64,000 nucleotides of DNA from an uncultured Candidatus Saccharibacteria bacterium (GTDB lineage Bacteria > Patescibacteriota > Minisyncoccia > Phycocordibacterales > UBA2100), in contig CAZUVH010000002.1 of the NCBI GenBank assembly GCA_964623775.1, positions 110,454 through 174,453 on the forward strand, read 5' to 3'. Below the pieces are notes generated by a model that did no database searches, was not told where the DNA came from, and saw only the letters and a program-made list of their open reading frames with translations. Numbering within the stretch: position 1 is the stretch's first letter; each line of letters opens with the position of its first letter. Both the position numbers and the translations under genes were made by a program. This document shows positions 1 to 8,731 of this stretch, piece by piece.

Positions 1-264
1 CAGAATCCGGATGCCATCAAGGTAGTGCAGCTCGAGGAGACTTTTGCATCAGAGACCGCGTGTCAGGCGGCCATGGAAGACACGATTAGAGCATTTGTAC
101 TCAAGCCTACGGGTAACACGATTGCAGGTGGCCGCATAAATTTTTTCAACATCGAGCAGTCGATCTGTCGTCCCGTTGGGTTTAAATAATCGCAGCGCCG
201 CATGTATGCGGCGCTTTCTCTTTGCCCAAAGCGCAGTCTGATGGTTTTGTGGTACATTTTATAT

Positions 265-717
265 ATGCTCATACAACAAATCCGCGAAGACATGAAGACC
301 GCAATGAAAGCAAAAGATCAGGTGCGACTCGATACTCTACGAGGCGCCATCACCGCTTTTACCAACGAGTTGGTCGCCAAGGGCAAGAAGCCGACTGACG
401 AGGTGGATGATGCGATGGCTATCACCGTACTCAAGCGCCTCGCCAAACAGCGCAAGGATTCTATCGAACAATTCACTTCAGGTGGCCGCGCAGAACTTGC
501 CGAGAAAGAATCGAGCGAGCTGAAGGTCATTGAAGCGTACCTCCCGGCAGGTGTCTCAAAGGAAGAGATCGAAAAAGTCGCGCGAGCCAAAAAAGAAGAA
601 ATGGGTATCAATGACGCAGCCGGTATCGGCAAGCTGATGGGTGCTGTGATCAAAGAATTCAAGGGCGCAGCTGATGGCGCAGATGTAAAGACAGTAGTCA
701 CAGCCCTCCTCTCTTAG
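265..717 (+). CDS. GatB/YqeY domain-containing protein
   Basis: ORF 202..717; internal Met at 265 gives N-terminus MLIQQIREDMKTAMKAKDQVRLDTLRG, typical of the YqeY family; C-terminal GatB_Yqey-like region. Confidence 0.7.
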   Translation: MLIQQIREDMKTAMKAKDQVRLDTLRGAITAFTNELVAKGKKPTDEVDDAMAITVLKRLAKQRKDSIEQFTSGGRAELAEKESSELKVIEAYLPAGVSKEEIEKVARAKKEEMGINDAAGIGKLMGAVIKEFKGAADGADVKTVVTALLS

Positions 718-791
718 ACTCTTCCACATCACTAGACAAACTTGCCACTTGGTGGTATAATTCCGCCCAGTTACCACTGGAGAATTTCACC

Positions 792-1061
792 GTGCCCGAA
801 CACAAAGAGCCTTTTGTGAATCGAAGTGATTCCGAACTCCTCGGCTCGGGAATGCATAAGCAAGCTTTGCATTCCCCTCGCCCTACGTCGTTCGTGAGCG
901 GTGCGTACGACCTGAAGGATGACGCCCAAAACCGTCCCCTTCCGTCGATCCGAAGTATTGTGAATGCGGCAATCAAGAAAAAGAAAGTCCGTCGGCACTA
1001 CAGTGCCGAAAGGACTCCTGAAGTTGTTGCTGCCGAAAAGCGGAGGTATCCGGATGACTGA
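792..1061 (+). CDS. hypothetical small basic protein (GTG start); overlaps the next gene by 8 nt
   Basis: ORF-track entry; GGAGAA upstream; stop overlaps ATG of the 1054 gene (ATGACTGA), suggesting translational coupling; no recognisable domain. Confidence 0.2.
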   Translation: MPEHKEPFVNRSDSELLGSGMHKQALHSPRPTSFVSGAYDLKDDAQNRPLPSIRSIVNAAIKKKKVRRHYSAERTPEVVAAEKRRYPDD

Positions 1062-1386
1062 TATCTTCGACGACCCATTTTTCATCGCGACGGTGAATGC
1101 CCAGACACGCGCGATGAACAAATTCGAGGTGGACTATGTACATCTCGAACGAGAGACGACGAAGAGACTCTACAATGACTTCATTGCGAATCTCACGCGC
1201 ATTGGAGACGTGGCGAAAACGCTCGAGTTCGTCCTCGACATGAACGAACCGTTTGTAAGTAATGCCGAGCGCGGAGGATACAAAATCGCGATCGGAATGG
1301 CCTGGCATGAAGTGCGACGTGCCAGAAAATTGCAGTTAGAGGAATTTGAGCGGGCGCACCCGCTTCACGGAGAGCAGGACACGTAA
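1054..1386 (+). CDS. hypothetical protein
   Basis: In-frame Met (MTDIFDDPFF...) inside ORF 964..1386 preceded by GGAGG 9 nt upstream; no recognisable domain. Confidence 0.45.
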   Translation: MTDIFDDPFFIATVNAQTRAMNKFEVDYVHLERETTKRLYNDFIANLTRIGDVAKTLEFVLDMNEPFVSNAERGGYKIAIGMAWHEVRRARKLQLEEFERAHPLHGEQDT

Positions 1387-1407
1387 TGCGTACCTGCTCT
1401 TTTTTAT

Positions 1408-2577
1408 TTATATATGGGCATGCTTCTGCCTTGAGAAAAAAACTGAGGTGCCGGACGCTACAGCGGCGATCAGAAATACGATGATGAGCGTGACCGGCAA
1501 CGACAGTACGGCCGCGCACAATATGCCGATGGCACAGATAGTGATTTTACCGAGGGCGAGTGCCATCTCTTTGAGTGTCGTGTATTCATCGATATACGAG
1601 CCGTGATCGGCCAATTGATCGAAGGTCAGCGTACTGATCCCTGTCCCACGCATCTGTGTCCCGGTATAGAAGTATGAATCTACAAGCACGACCCCAAGCG
1701 GCGTCGCAACCACAAGGCGCAGTATCCACCCTGACATTGTGAGAAAAGCATGCACAATAGCGGAGCTTTCGATACGTGCTTTTTTGAAAAAACCGTGCAC
1801 GTACGAGCGCATAAAAAAGACGAGTAGATACGTGACCGACATTACAAGGCCAAGCATCGCATACGACCAGCCGACAAGAAGAAATATCGCTATCGGCCAG
1901 AAAAGGAGGAGCGCCGCGCCCGATACCCCATCGAGGAATGCGGCGGTCACGAGTCTGTGGTGTTTCTTTGCGCGAAGCATACGGAAGCTTTCGGCATACC
2001 CCCATGAATACCCTTCGTGAACATCATTCACGTGTCTCAGTGGCACAATCGATATGAGTGCCAAAGTCGCTGCGCCTAGAAATAGGAGGTTGAGGCCGCC
2101 GAGTCCAAACGTGAGGATGAGGCCCGCGACCGCGGGGACGAGCGCAAGCATGCCCTCTTGCATGAATCGCGCAAGTGGATGTCTTTGGCCAGATCTCAGC
2201 GAATCAACGCTATAGGGCACCCAGTAAAGCGCATGGTAGAGACCCCGCAACAGAGCGAAAAGTATAATACCGGCCGTTACATTCGCGCCAAAAAATCCCG
2301 TAAAAGCGTACGCAAGCACCGCATAGGCAATCGCCGCAAGGGCAACGCCTTCGGTCATGGGGGCAACGATGCCATTGCGCAAGCGCCGCGCTGAAAGCGG
2401 CGTCACAAAAAGCACCACGAGATGCACGAGTACGTATACCGATACGCATGCAAGGAGCGCATGGGAAAGATCGCCCGTGCGTACGAAAAAATACTGAAAT
2501 ATGAAGATCCAGGCAAAAAGATTGACTGCGGCGAGCGCTACGCGCATCAGAAAACGATGCGTCTGGAGTGCGGACAT
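1408..2577 (-). CDS. multi-pass membrane transporter, MFS-like
   Basis: 389 aa with about 12 hydrophobic helices and internal two-fold organisation; resembles major facilitator superfamily permeases. Confidence 0.5.
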   Translation of the reverse strand: MSALQTHRFLMRVALAAVNLFAWIFIFQYFFVRTGDLSHALLACVSVYVLVHLVVLFVTPLSARRLRNGIVAPMTEGVALAAIAYAVLAYAFTGFFGANVTAGIILFALLRGLYHALYWVPYSVDSLRSGQRHPLARFMQEGMLALVPAVAGLILTFGLGGLNLLFLGAATLALISIVPLRHVNDVHEGYSWGYAESFRMLRAKKHHRLVTAAFLDGVSGAALLLFWPIAIFLLVGWSYAMLGLVMSVTYLLVFFMRSYVHGFFKKARIESSAIVHAFLTMSGWILRLVVATPLGVVLVDSYFYTGTQMRGTGISTLTFDQLADHGSYIDEYTTLKEMALALGKITICAIGILCAAVLSLPVTLIIVFLIAAVASGTSVFFSRQKHAHI

Positions 2578-2690
2578 CGCTTAATTATGCGCGATTACTT
2601 CAATTCCGCAGACGAACGTGTGTGGATAGTTACGCCACTCATACGTGCCTGCCCCGTAGCCAGCGCGGAGCGCTGTGGTACCGGGGTGGA

Positions 2691-3884
2691 TTAGTCGCCG
2701 ACGTTGATCCGAATCACGTTTTCAATCGTACGCTCTCCTTTTTGTGTCTCTTCTCCCTCAGATTTCTCGTCGCTTTCGTGTGTGTCAGAGTTGCCAGCTG
2801 AGGTGTCAGATGTGAAATCGATATTTGCGGCGCGAGCGTTATCGTGCAGATTTATCTGCACCTTCAGACCAACTCTCGTCTCCTCGGTCGTACGGATCGC
2901 CTTTTCCAAATCCTGCAACACCCTCGATTGATCGCTCTCAGTCATACCTTTTGTTTCGATAGTGATTGTCGCTTCTGTCGTACTCGCCCTCTGTTGAAAG
3001 CGAGCATAAGTGGAGGTGCCAAGCTTGTTTTTTTCTTTCGTAGCGAGCGTGCGCACCCCCTTCAGTCTCTCCGAGAGTTTCTTCTTCTTTTCGGTCACTT
3101 TCTTTTCGAATGCATTGGTATCGCTCATCACTTTCGCTGCAGTGCTACTGGCAGCCGCTACCGTCGCCTTTTCTACATCACCTCCCTTACTACCTGCTCG
3201 CGAGGCGCGCGCGCTTTCAGCCTTTTTTTGCACGTTGGACAAAATGGGCTTGATCGCCTTGGAGACATCAGGTAACTCGGTACTCAAGGTGGTGAGTACA
3301 TTCGCGTGTGCGACAAGGGATGCCTCGAGGGTGGATTGGGCATCTGCAATAATCTCAGTGTTGTCAGGCGCACCAGAGAGCACCGCAACGCGCTTCTCGA
3401 AGTCATTGGCCGACGCATCGATGAGCGATGCGATTTTGTCGCTCGCATACGGTGTCAGCTCTCCGCGTGCCGCGAGGATCTCGGCCTCTTCGAGACGGCG
3501 CTCGGTCAATTCCCTACTGAATTCTACTTTTTCAACATCGGAGAGCGCCAGCGCTCCTTCGAATTTTTCATTGATACTGATTTTTACGGGATAGAGTACA
3601 TCGCCCGGCAAGGCTCCTCCAGCGGCGTACGCGGTACCGACGCCAAATACAAGCACAAGCGCGAGCGTCGCTGTCGCAAAACCATGGGAACCGACATAGC
3701 CAAAAGCCGCCGTATCGATCGCGTGCATGTACTCTGCCGCCCGTATATGGAACGGCACCTTGAGTGGATGCTCCTTCATGAGGAGCTCAAGCTCCTTACG
3801 CATGACAAAACGCTCTCTCTCCGAGAGTCGCTCATTTTGCAAAGCATCAAATATTTCCTTGATTTTTTTCTCCTCCATACGCAC
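2691..3884 (-). CDS. membrane-anchored DUF5667-like protein (anti-sigma-factor-like architecture)
   Basis: Charged cytoplasmic N-terminus, single TM (LALVLVFGVGTAYAAGG), then LPGDVLYPVKISINEKFE motif typical of DUF5667 and a long low-complexity Lys/Glu/Ser-rich tail. Confidence 0.5.
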   Translation of the reverse strand: MRMEEKKIKEIFDALQNERLSERERFVMRKELELLMKEHPLKVPFHIRAAEYMHAIDTAAFGYVGSHGFATATLALVLVFGVGTAYAAGGALPGDVLYPVKISINEKFEGALALSDVEKVEFSRELTERRLEEAEILAARGELTPYASDKIASLIDASANDFEKRVAVLSGAPDNTEIIADAQSTLEASLVAHANVLTTLSTELPDVSKAIKPILSNVQKKAESARASRAGSKGGDVEKATVAAASSTAAKVMSDTNAFEKKVTEKKKKLSERLKGVRTLATKEKNKLGTSTYARFQQRASTTEATITIETKGMTESDQSRVLQDLEKAIRTTEETRVGLKVQINLHDNARAANIDFTSDTSAGNSDTHESDEKSEGEETQKGERTIENVIRINVGD

Positions 3885-3989
3885 GCGATTAGGGGTATCA
3901 TACCTCCTCTTCTCGCATAGATACAGACGTTTTAGGGTGTCACCTATTACAAAAGATGAAGCCCCACCGTGTTGCGGCGGGGCTGCACA

Positions 3990-4277
3990 TTACCTCCAAG
4001 CAAGAACCTTCCAGCCGTCGGATTCGTAAAGGCCGATCCCATCCGGGCCCTCGCACACTTCGACCCAGGTGTTTTCACTGTGCGACCATACGAAGTCGCC
4101 GTACGCGACGTTGCCACGGGAATCTTGATACTTGAGTCGGACTGGCCGCTGCGTCCTTTTGGGAGGCGACGAGGTTTTGAAGCGAGCCCGCTTTTTTGTG
4201 CTCGATTTTTTTGACTTCTTTTTCTTTCGTCCCAGCAATCCAAACGCACCGGAGCCGCCTTGAAATAAGTGGTCCAT
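3990..4277 (-). CDS. hypothetical protein with Lys/Arg-rich N-terminal region
   Basis: ORF with strong SD (GAAGGAGACAGG ATG on minus strand); no known domain. Confidence 0.45.
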   Translation of the reverse strand: MDHLFQGGSGAFGLLGRKKKKSKKSSTKKRARFKTSSPPKRTQRPVRLKYQDSRGNVAYGDFVWSHSENTWVEVCEGPDGIGLYESDGWKVLAWR

Positions 4278-4334
4278 TTCCTGTCTCCTTCAGTTGGCTG
4301 CCGACACCATACTTCAGTTAAATAAAAAAGAAAA

Positions 4335-4361
4335 GACCCACTTTCGCGGGTCTTTTCTTTT
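4335..4361. terminator. intrinsic terminator, bidirectional hairpin (gacccactttcgcgggtc) flanked by A-run and T-run
   Basis: Perfect stem-loop followed by ttttctttt on + and preceded by aaaaagaaaa; sits 15 nt downstream of the RRM gene stop (minus strand). Confidence 0.55.
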
Positions 4362-4379
4362 GGAGTTCCAAAAATGGAA

Positions 4380-4730
4380 TTACCAGCTGCGTCCGCCGCC
4401 GCCATTGCCGCCGCGTCCACCGCCGTAACCGCCATTTCCTCCGCCGAAACCGCCGCCGCGAGAGTCGCGTCGTGGGCGTTCCTCCATCGGACGAGCCTCA
4501 TTTACCGTGAGGGTACGACCGCCGAAGTCCTTGCCATTCCACTGCTCGATTGCCGCCTGAGCTTCCGCATCGGAAGCCATCTCGACGAAACCGAAACCCT
4601 TGGAGCGGCCGCTCATCTTATCCATGATGATTACAGCAGACTCAACAGACCCGCTCTGCGCAAACGCATCGCGGAGTTCTGTATCGGTAGTTGCGTAAGG
4701 CAAACCACCGACGTAAAGCTTCTTAGCCAT
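4380..4730 (-). CDS. RNA-binding protein with RRM domain and Gly-rich C-terminal tail
   Basis: RNP1/RNP2-like motifs (KLYVGGL, KGFGFVEM) and a GGGFGGGNGGYGGGRGG tail; classic bacterial Rbp-type protein. Confidence 0.85.
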   Translation of the reverse strand: MAKKLYVGGLPYATTDTELRDAFAQSGSVESAVIIMDKMSGRSKGFGFVEMASDAEAQAAIEQWNGKDFGGRTLTVNEARPMEERPRRDSRGGGFGGGNGGYGGGRGGNGGGGRSW

Positions 4731-4861
4731 GATTCTGAGAATTGTTTTCCTTTAATTATGTAAACCGACCTTCTCCTCTGCCTCCAGGTCGATTCGACCC
4801 CCCAGCGTTGGAAAACGTATTACATGAGTAGCGTACGCTATCCCATAATTCTGTCAAGCAA

Positions 4862-4890
4862 ATAAAAACCCCGAGATTTCTCCCGGGGCG
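4862..4890 (-). terminator. intrinsic terminator-like hairpin (ccccgaga..tctcgggg + U-run on minus strand) inside the leader upstream of the RRM gene
   Basis: On minus strand: ccccgggagaaatctcgggg followed by tttttattt; lies about 130 nt upstream of the RRM start codon. Confidence 0.45.
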
Positions 4891-5110
4891 GGCCTTTTAC
4901 AAATGACCCTTCGCTCCTTTATGCAAGTCGGTTTATCCATTGGTTTTGCAGCCTTTGACCTGGACCCTACGCGTCACATGAGGTCAATCCAGGGCAATTC
5001 AGCCGCAATTAATCCGCAGGCCGACAGGTGGGGATGTAGAGCGCGTCCGCATGGAACATCCACCGTTCCCATATAAGACCATAGCATATTACAGAGCCAT
5101 GTCAAGGCGG

Positions 5111-5139
5111 GAAAAAAGCCCCGGTCATCGACCGGGGCT
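5111..5139 (-). terminator. intrinsic terminator of gene 5148..5546
   Basis: gccccggtc-atcg-accggggc hairpin followed on minus strand by tttttt. Confidence 0.6.
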
Positions 5140-5147
5140 GCGTGGTC

Positions 5148-5546
5148 TTATTTCACGATATCGCCATACTTTCTGTCGAAATGAAGGTAGGGCTCCATGC
5201 TATAGCTCCCTGTCCAGCCCCAAGTGCACCATTCACCATCTGCAATGCCGACTGCAACAAAGCCCGGTTGTCCGCGACGCTCTGGTGTAGACTCGGGTCC
5301 ATAGGTGTAGAGTGCACCGATAACTTTATCGCCGAAATGCTCCCGAAGGAGCGGCAGTACCCGTGAGAGATCCTCGCCTTCGAGCTTAATTACTCTCGTG
5401 CGCAAAACCTTATCTACTTCCTTGCGGTAAGCTGGATCACAGTAATGGAGTCCGGTCGTTTCAAAAAGCCTGGCGGGATCTCCTGTTTGCGCTGACGCTG
5501 GCAGTGCCGCCATCAACAGAAACAAAATCACTAAGAGTGCGCGCAT
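5148..5546 (-). CDS. secreted hypothetical protein (signal peptide)
   Basis: N-terminal MRALLVILFLLMAALPASA signal sequence; no recognisable domain; immediately downstream of ECF sigma gene. Confidence 0.5.
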   Translation of the reverse strand: MRALLVILFLLMAALPASAQTGDPARLFETTGLHYCDPAYRKEVDKVLRTRVIKLEGEDLSRVLPLLREHFGDKVIGALYTYGPESTPERRGQPGFVAVGIADGEWCTWGWTGSYSMEPYLHFDRKYGDIVK

Positions 5547-5578
5547 GCTCTATCTCCTTTTGTGCTCCGCCGATAGTA

Positions 5579-6181
5579 TCACTTCAGCATACCCGAGTCA
5601 CTTGATGGCGGATCTTTGCGCATTTTACCCTTCAATCGTTCAATGCCGCGGTGGATACGGACGGAAACGACATTTTCGGTAACGCCGAGTGCTCTTGCTA
5701 TTTCTTTGGGAGAGAGTTCGTCCATATATCGCATGGTGATGACGACTCTGTAACTCTCGTCCAGTTCATCTAGAAGCTTGAGTGCTTCTTTGAGTGCGGG
5801 TGTATCGAGCGGTGCTCGTATTGATTCATCGCGCACCTCAAATCCATCGTCCTCCATCATCGCGTCGAGTGATGAGGATTTCTTGCGGCGCGAGCCGTCC
5901 ACGATTAAATTGTTGGCGACACGGTAAAGAAAGGCGCGGATGTAATCGATTTCTTTGCCTTCCGACATATAGAGCCATGTGCGACTAAATGTCTCTTGCG
6001 CAATATCTTTTGCTATTTCTCGATCACGCACTCGCAGGAGGCAGTGACGAAAGAGTGCGTCCGCGTGCTCGTCATGAGCCGCGAGGAATTCCGCCTCACG
6101 TTTTTTGATCCATCGCTCTTTTGGAGATGGTTTATGGATACCCATATACGTACAAACACGCTTACGCGCGCTTAGAGACAA
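5579..6181 (-). CDS. RNA polymerase sigma-70 family, ECF-type sigma factor
   Basis: Region-2 motifs (FRHCLLRVRDREIAKDIAQETF) and region-4 HTH (SPKEIARALGVTENVVSVRIHRGIERLK); true start may be the internal ATG at 6145. Confidence 0.8.
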   Translation of the reverse strand: MSLSARKRVCTYMGIHKPSPKERWIKKREAEFLAAHDEHADALFRHCLLRVRDREIAKDIAQETFSRTWLYMSEGKEIDYIRAFLYRVANNLIVDGSRRKKSSSLDAMMEDDGFEVRDESIRAPLDTPALKEALKLLDELDESYRVVITMRYMDELSPKEIARALGVTENVVSVRIHRGIERLKGKMRKDPPSSDSGMLK

Positions 6182-6196
6182 CTATACATTATCGGC

Positions 6197-7219
6197 CTAT
6201 GCTGTCTCCATTTCCCTGCCGTAGAGACCTTGCGATGCAAGGGAGTTCATCTGCATGCGGAAAAGAAAGGTCATCTGTGCATCGAGTACATTTTCCGGTT
6301 TGCCCGCCCACTTTTCGAGTGCGGCGTTTTGCAGCGCTCTGCTGTAAGAGAACGTGATGGGCCACGGATGCGGCCCGCGCTCAACTACAGCACTGAGATT
6401 GTCCGTCGCACTGATGTCATCCTGCCCCCCCGAGAGAAAAACGATGCCTGGAAGCGTGGGGGGGACTACTTTTTTGAAATGCGCAATCGTCGCTTCTGCG
6501 ATTTCTGCAGCCGTCTTTTTCTCTGTACTCTGTGCGCCTGGAATCACCATGTTGGATTTGAGGATCACCGCCTCGATCACAACTCCGGCCGACTTCAGCT
6601 CCTCAAAAAGCGCCGTCTGCATCCGCTCGGTAGCCTGCCTGCACTGATCCATTGTATGCGCACCGTCCATAAGTACTTCCGGCTCTACCATTGGCACGAT
6701 TCCGGCCTCCTGACAGGCCTTTGCGTACGCAGCGAGGTCCTTCGCGTTCTGACGCATATTGGCGTCGGTCGGCGTGCCGCTCGGGCTAATCGTGATGACT
6801 GCGCGCCATTTTGCAAAGACAGCTCCCATCTGCGCATATTCTTTCAATCTCAGAGCGAGACCCTCGCGACCCTTGGTAAGCTTCTCAATCAATGAGCCTG
6901 GCATGTCGATGGTGCCCTGATCTACTTTGATTCCCGGCATGATACCCACGTCTTTGAGAACCTTGAGAAATGGGGTACCGTCCTGTGCATTTTGTCGGAA
7001 TGTCTCATCGAAAAGAATGACGCCCGTGATGTAATCGCCGATGCCCGGCGTACGGAAAAACATCTCCCGGTACGCGCGACGATTATCCTCGGTGTTGGCT
7101 ATGTTGAATTTTGCGAATCGTTTTTCTATCGTATTGGCGCTTTCATCTGCTGCGAGAATACCTTTGCCGGGCGCAACGAGCGCGCGAGCAGTACTCTTCA
7201 GTTTTTCGACATCTGGCAT
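6197..7219 (-). CDS. fba: fructose-bisphosphate aldolase, class I (eukaryotic-type)
   Basis: GILAADES..., IPGIKVDQG, LSGGQ motifs; near full-length alignment by eye to class I aldolase. Confidence 0.9.
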   Translation of the reverse strand: MPDVEKLKSTARALVAPGKGILAADESANTIEKRFAKFNIANTEDNRRAYREMFFRTPGIGDYITGVILFDETFRQNAQDGTPFLKVLKDVGIMPGIKVDQGTIDMPGSLIEKLTKGREGLALRLKEYAQMGAVFAKWRAVITISPSGTPTDANMRQNAKDLAAYAKACQEAGIVPMVEPEVLMDGAHTMDQCRQATERMQTALFEELKSAGVVIEAVILKSNMVIPGAQSTEKKTAAEIAEATIAHFKKVVPPTLPGIVFLSGGQDDISATDNLSAVVERGPHPWPITFSYSRALQNAALEKWAGKPENVLDAQMTFLFRMQMNSLASQGLYGREMETA

Positions 7220-7251
7220 ATGGTCAATTATATACCCTGCACACTACCCAC

Positions 7252-7824
7252 TCACTGATCCTCTGTGATTTGCGTATCCAAAAAACCGAGTGTGCTTTGC
7301 TGGTAGAGTGGCAGGGTAGCGATGATCCGGTGCGTAATTCCGAATTCCTTTGACTCATCGACGCTCATGATCTTGCCGCGCCGGAGCATTTGCGCCACTA
7401 CCTCAGTGTCATTGCCCGTCTCTCTGGCGATAACAAAAATGAGCTCCTGCAGCTCACGTTTGAATATCGCGATCGCCTCTTCGTGCGCATGCACAGGCGC
7501 GGTCGGGTCGAGAATTGTGTATTTGCCTTCGCGGAAAATAAATTGGCAGTTTTCGAGCGCCGTGCGCGTCTTTCCTGCGAGAAAGGTGGTCGCAGCTGCA
7601 GTATCCAATTCGCCAAAAGCGATCGTCTCCACCTCGATCGGGAGTGCCTTCAGGTATGTGTACATGTTGATGCCGGCGTCGATTTCGCCACTCATTCCAC
7701 CTGAGGCGATTAAAAAGCGAAGACTTTTTACAGGCTTGGAATACAAGTCCTCATTGATCGTGCGAATCGATTCTTGTACCACTTTACGCTCCAGTAGTCC
7801 GGTGAGTGCGTGCCAAATTTCCAT
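7252..7824 (-). CDS. ClpP-family (peptidase S14) homologue with apparently substituted catalytic Ser/His (ClpR-like)
   Basis: Collinear with ClpP over about 180 aa (e.g. ARETGNDTEVVAQMLRRGKIMSVDESKEFGITHRII vs ClpP C-terminus) but GxAASMG -> GELDTAA and MIHQP -> FIFREG. Confidence 0.55.
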   Translation of the reverse strand: MEIWHALTGLLERKVVQESIRTINEDLYSKPVKSLRFLIASGGMSGEIDAGINMYTYLKALPIEVETIAFGELDTAAATTFLAGKTRTALENCQFIFREGKYTILDPTAPVHAHEEAIAIFKRELQELIFVIARETGNDTEVVAQMLRRGKIMSVDESKEFGITHRIIATLPLYQQSTLGFLDTQITEDQ

Positions 7825-7911
7825 CCCACAACTATGGCTGCACCTCTGTAAAAAACAAATGAACTTTCGCCGTCCTAGGAAGGCCGGCCCCCGCCGACCT
7901 TCCCACCATCT

Positions 7912-8118
7912 CTATTCGTCTTCCAATTCCGAACGATTGCTCTGTCCACCTTTGCGTCCCGCCTCAGATGCGCGTTCAGGGTCATTTGCGAAGTTGCCGG
8001 GATTATTTTCCTTTCCCTGACTTTGTCCGCCCTTGCGGGCAATCTCGCGCTGCTGTTCCTCGTCCATCGCGGCGAATCCGCGGTTGCTGCTGCTCCGGTC
8101 TTTGTCTTTGTTTGCCAT
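7912..8118 (-). CDS. KGG-repeat general stress protein
   Basis: 68 aa with two RKGGQS / KGGQ repeats, highly charged; typical stress-induced KGG domain protein. Confidence 0.7.
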   Translation of the reverse strand: MANKDKDRSSSNRGFAAMDEEQQREIARKGGQSQGKENNPGNFANDPERASEAGRKGGQSNRSELEDE

Positions 8119-8535
8119 ACGAGTTTTGTGTTACGAGCCACTAAAATAGGCCTGCCTGCGTGCATCGCACAGGCAGACAACGCGTTCGACCAGAATGATT
8201 TGTAACAAACTCCGGTGAACGAATTGTTAAGCGGCACCGCTGAAGATACGGGCATCTTTGCACCGCTTGCCCCACAAACCTGTTTTTTTCGTCACGAGCG
8301 ATTTGTGCTTCGTCGACCGCCACCATGACTTGCTTTGCCGCCCATTGATGCGATCTTTCGTTGTGTCTCCTTATCCATTGCAGCAAAACCTCGCTTACTC
8401 GTGCCTTTTGTACGTGCCATAGATTTGATTGGTTACACCCCTCTTGTAAACCGACCTGGCATCATTCTCCAACAATGGCATGAACCCATTGTTAAGCGTG
8501 GCAGGGATACCTGCGCGACGTTCTCGTTATTTTTG

Positions 8536-8607
8536 TGGACCGGCGGGGGATCGAACCCCGGACCTCCTCATTGCAAATGAGGCATTCTACCACTGAACTA
8601 CCGGCCC
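8536..8607 (-). tRNA. tRNA-Ala (anticodon TGC), CCA not encoded
   Basis: Minus-strand cloverleaf GGGCCGG-TA-GTTCAGTGGTAGAAT-G-CCTCA-TTTGCAA-TGAGG-AGGTC-CGGGGTTCGATCCCCG-CCGGTCC-A; G3:U70 alanine identity pair; 3' end followed by CAA. Confidence 0.85.
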
Positions 8608-8731
8608 AAATGAGGGATAAAGAGGATGCTAGCATACTCTTTTCCCGAGTGCAGGGCCGGAATGAGGAACGATTACCGGCCCTTTCGCAAACAGAAAGAG
8701 AATAGCATCTATTCTTGTTTTAATCGAGTGG

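Noticed and set aside
4380-4480. Gly-rich GGNGGYGGG coding repeats at the RRM gene 3' end as a possible repeat element
   Set aside because: This is the well-known glycine-rich C-terminal tail of bacterial RRM (Rbp) proteins and is in frame.
8335-8580. 81-aa ORF on the + strand (and 8141..8386 on the minus strand)
   Set aside because: It overlaps the tRNA-Ala gene antisense, uses a TTG start, and has no ribosome-binding site or recognisable domain; likely spurious.
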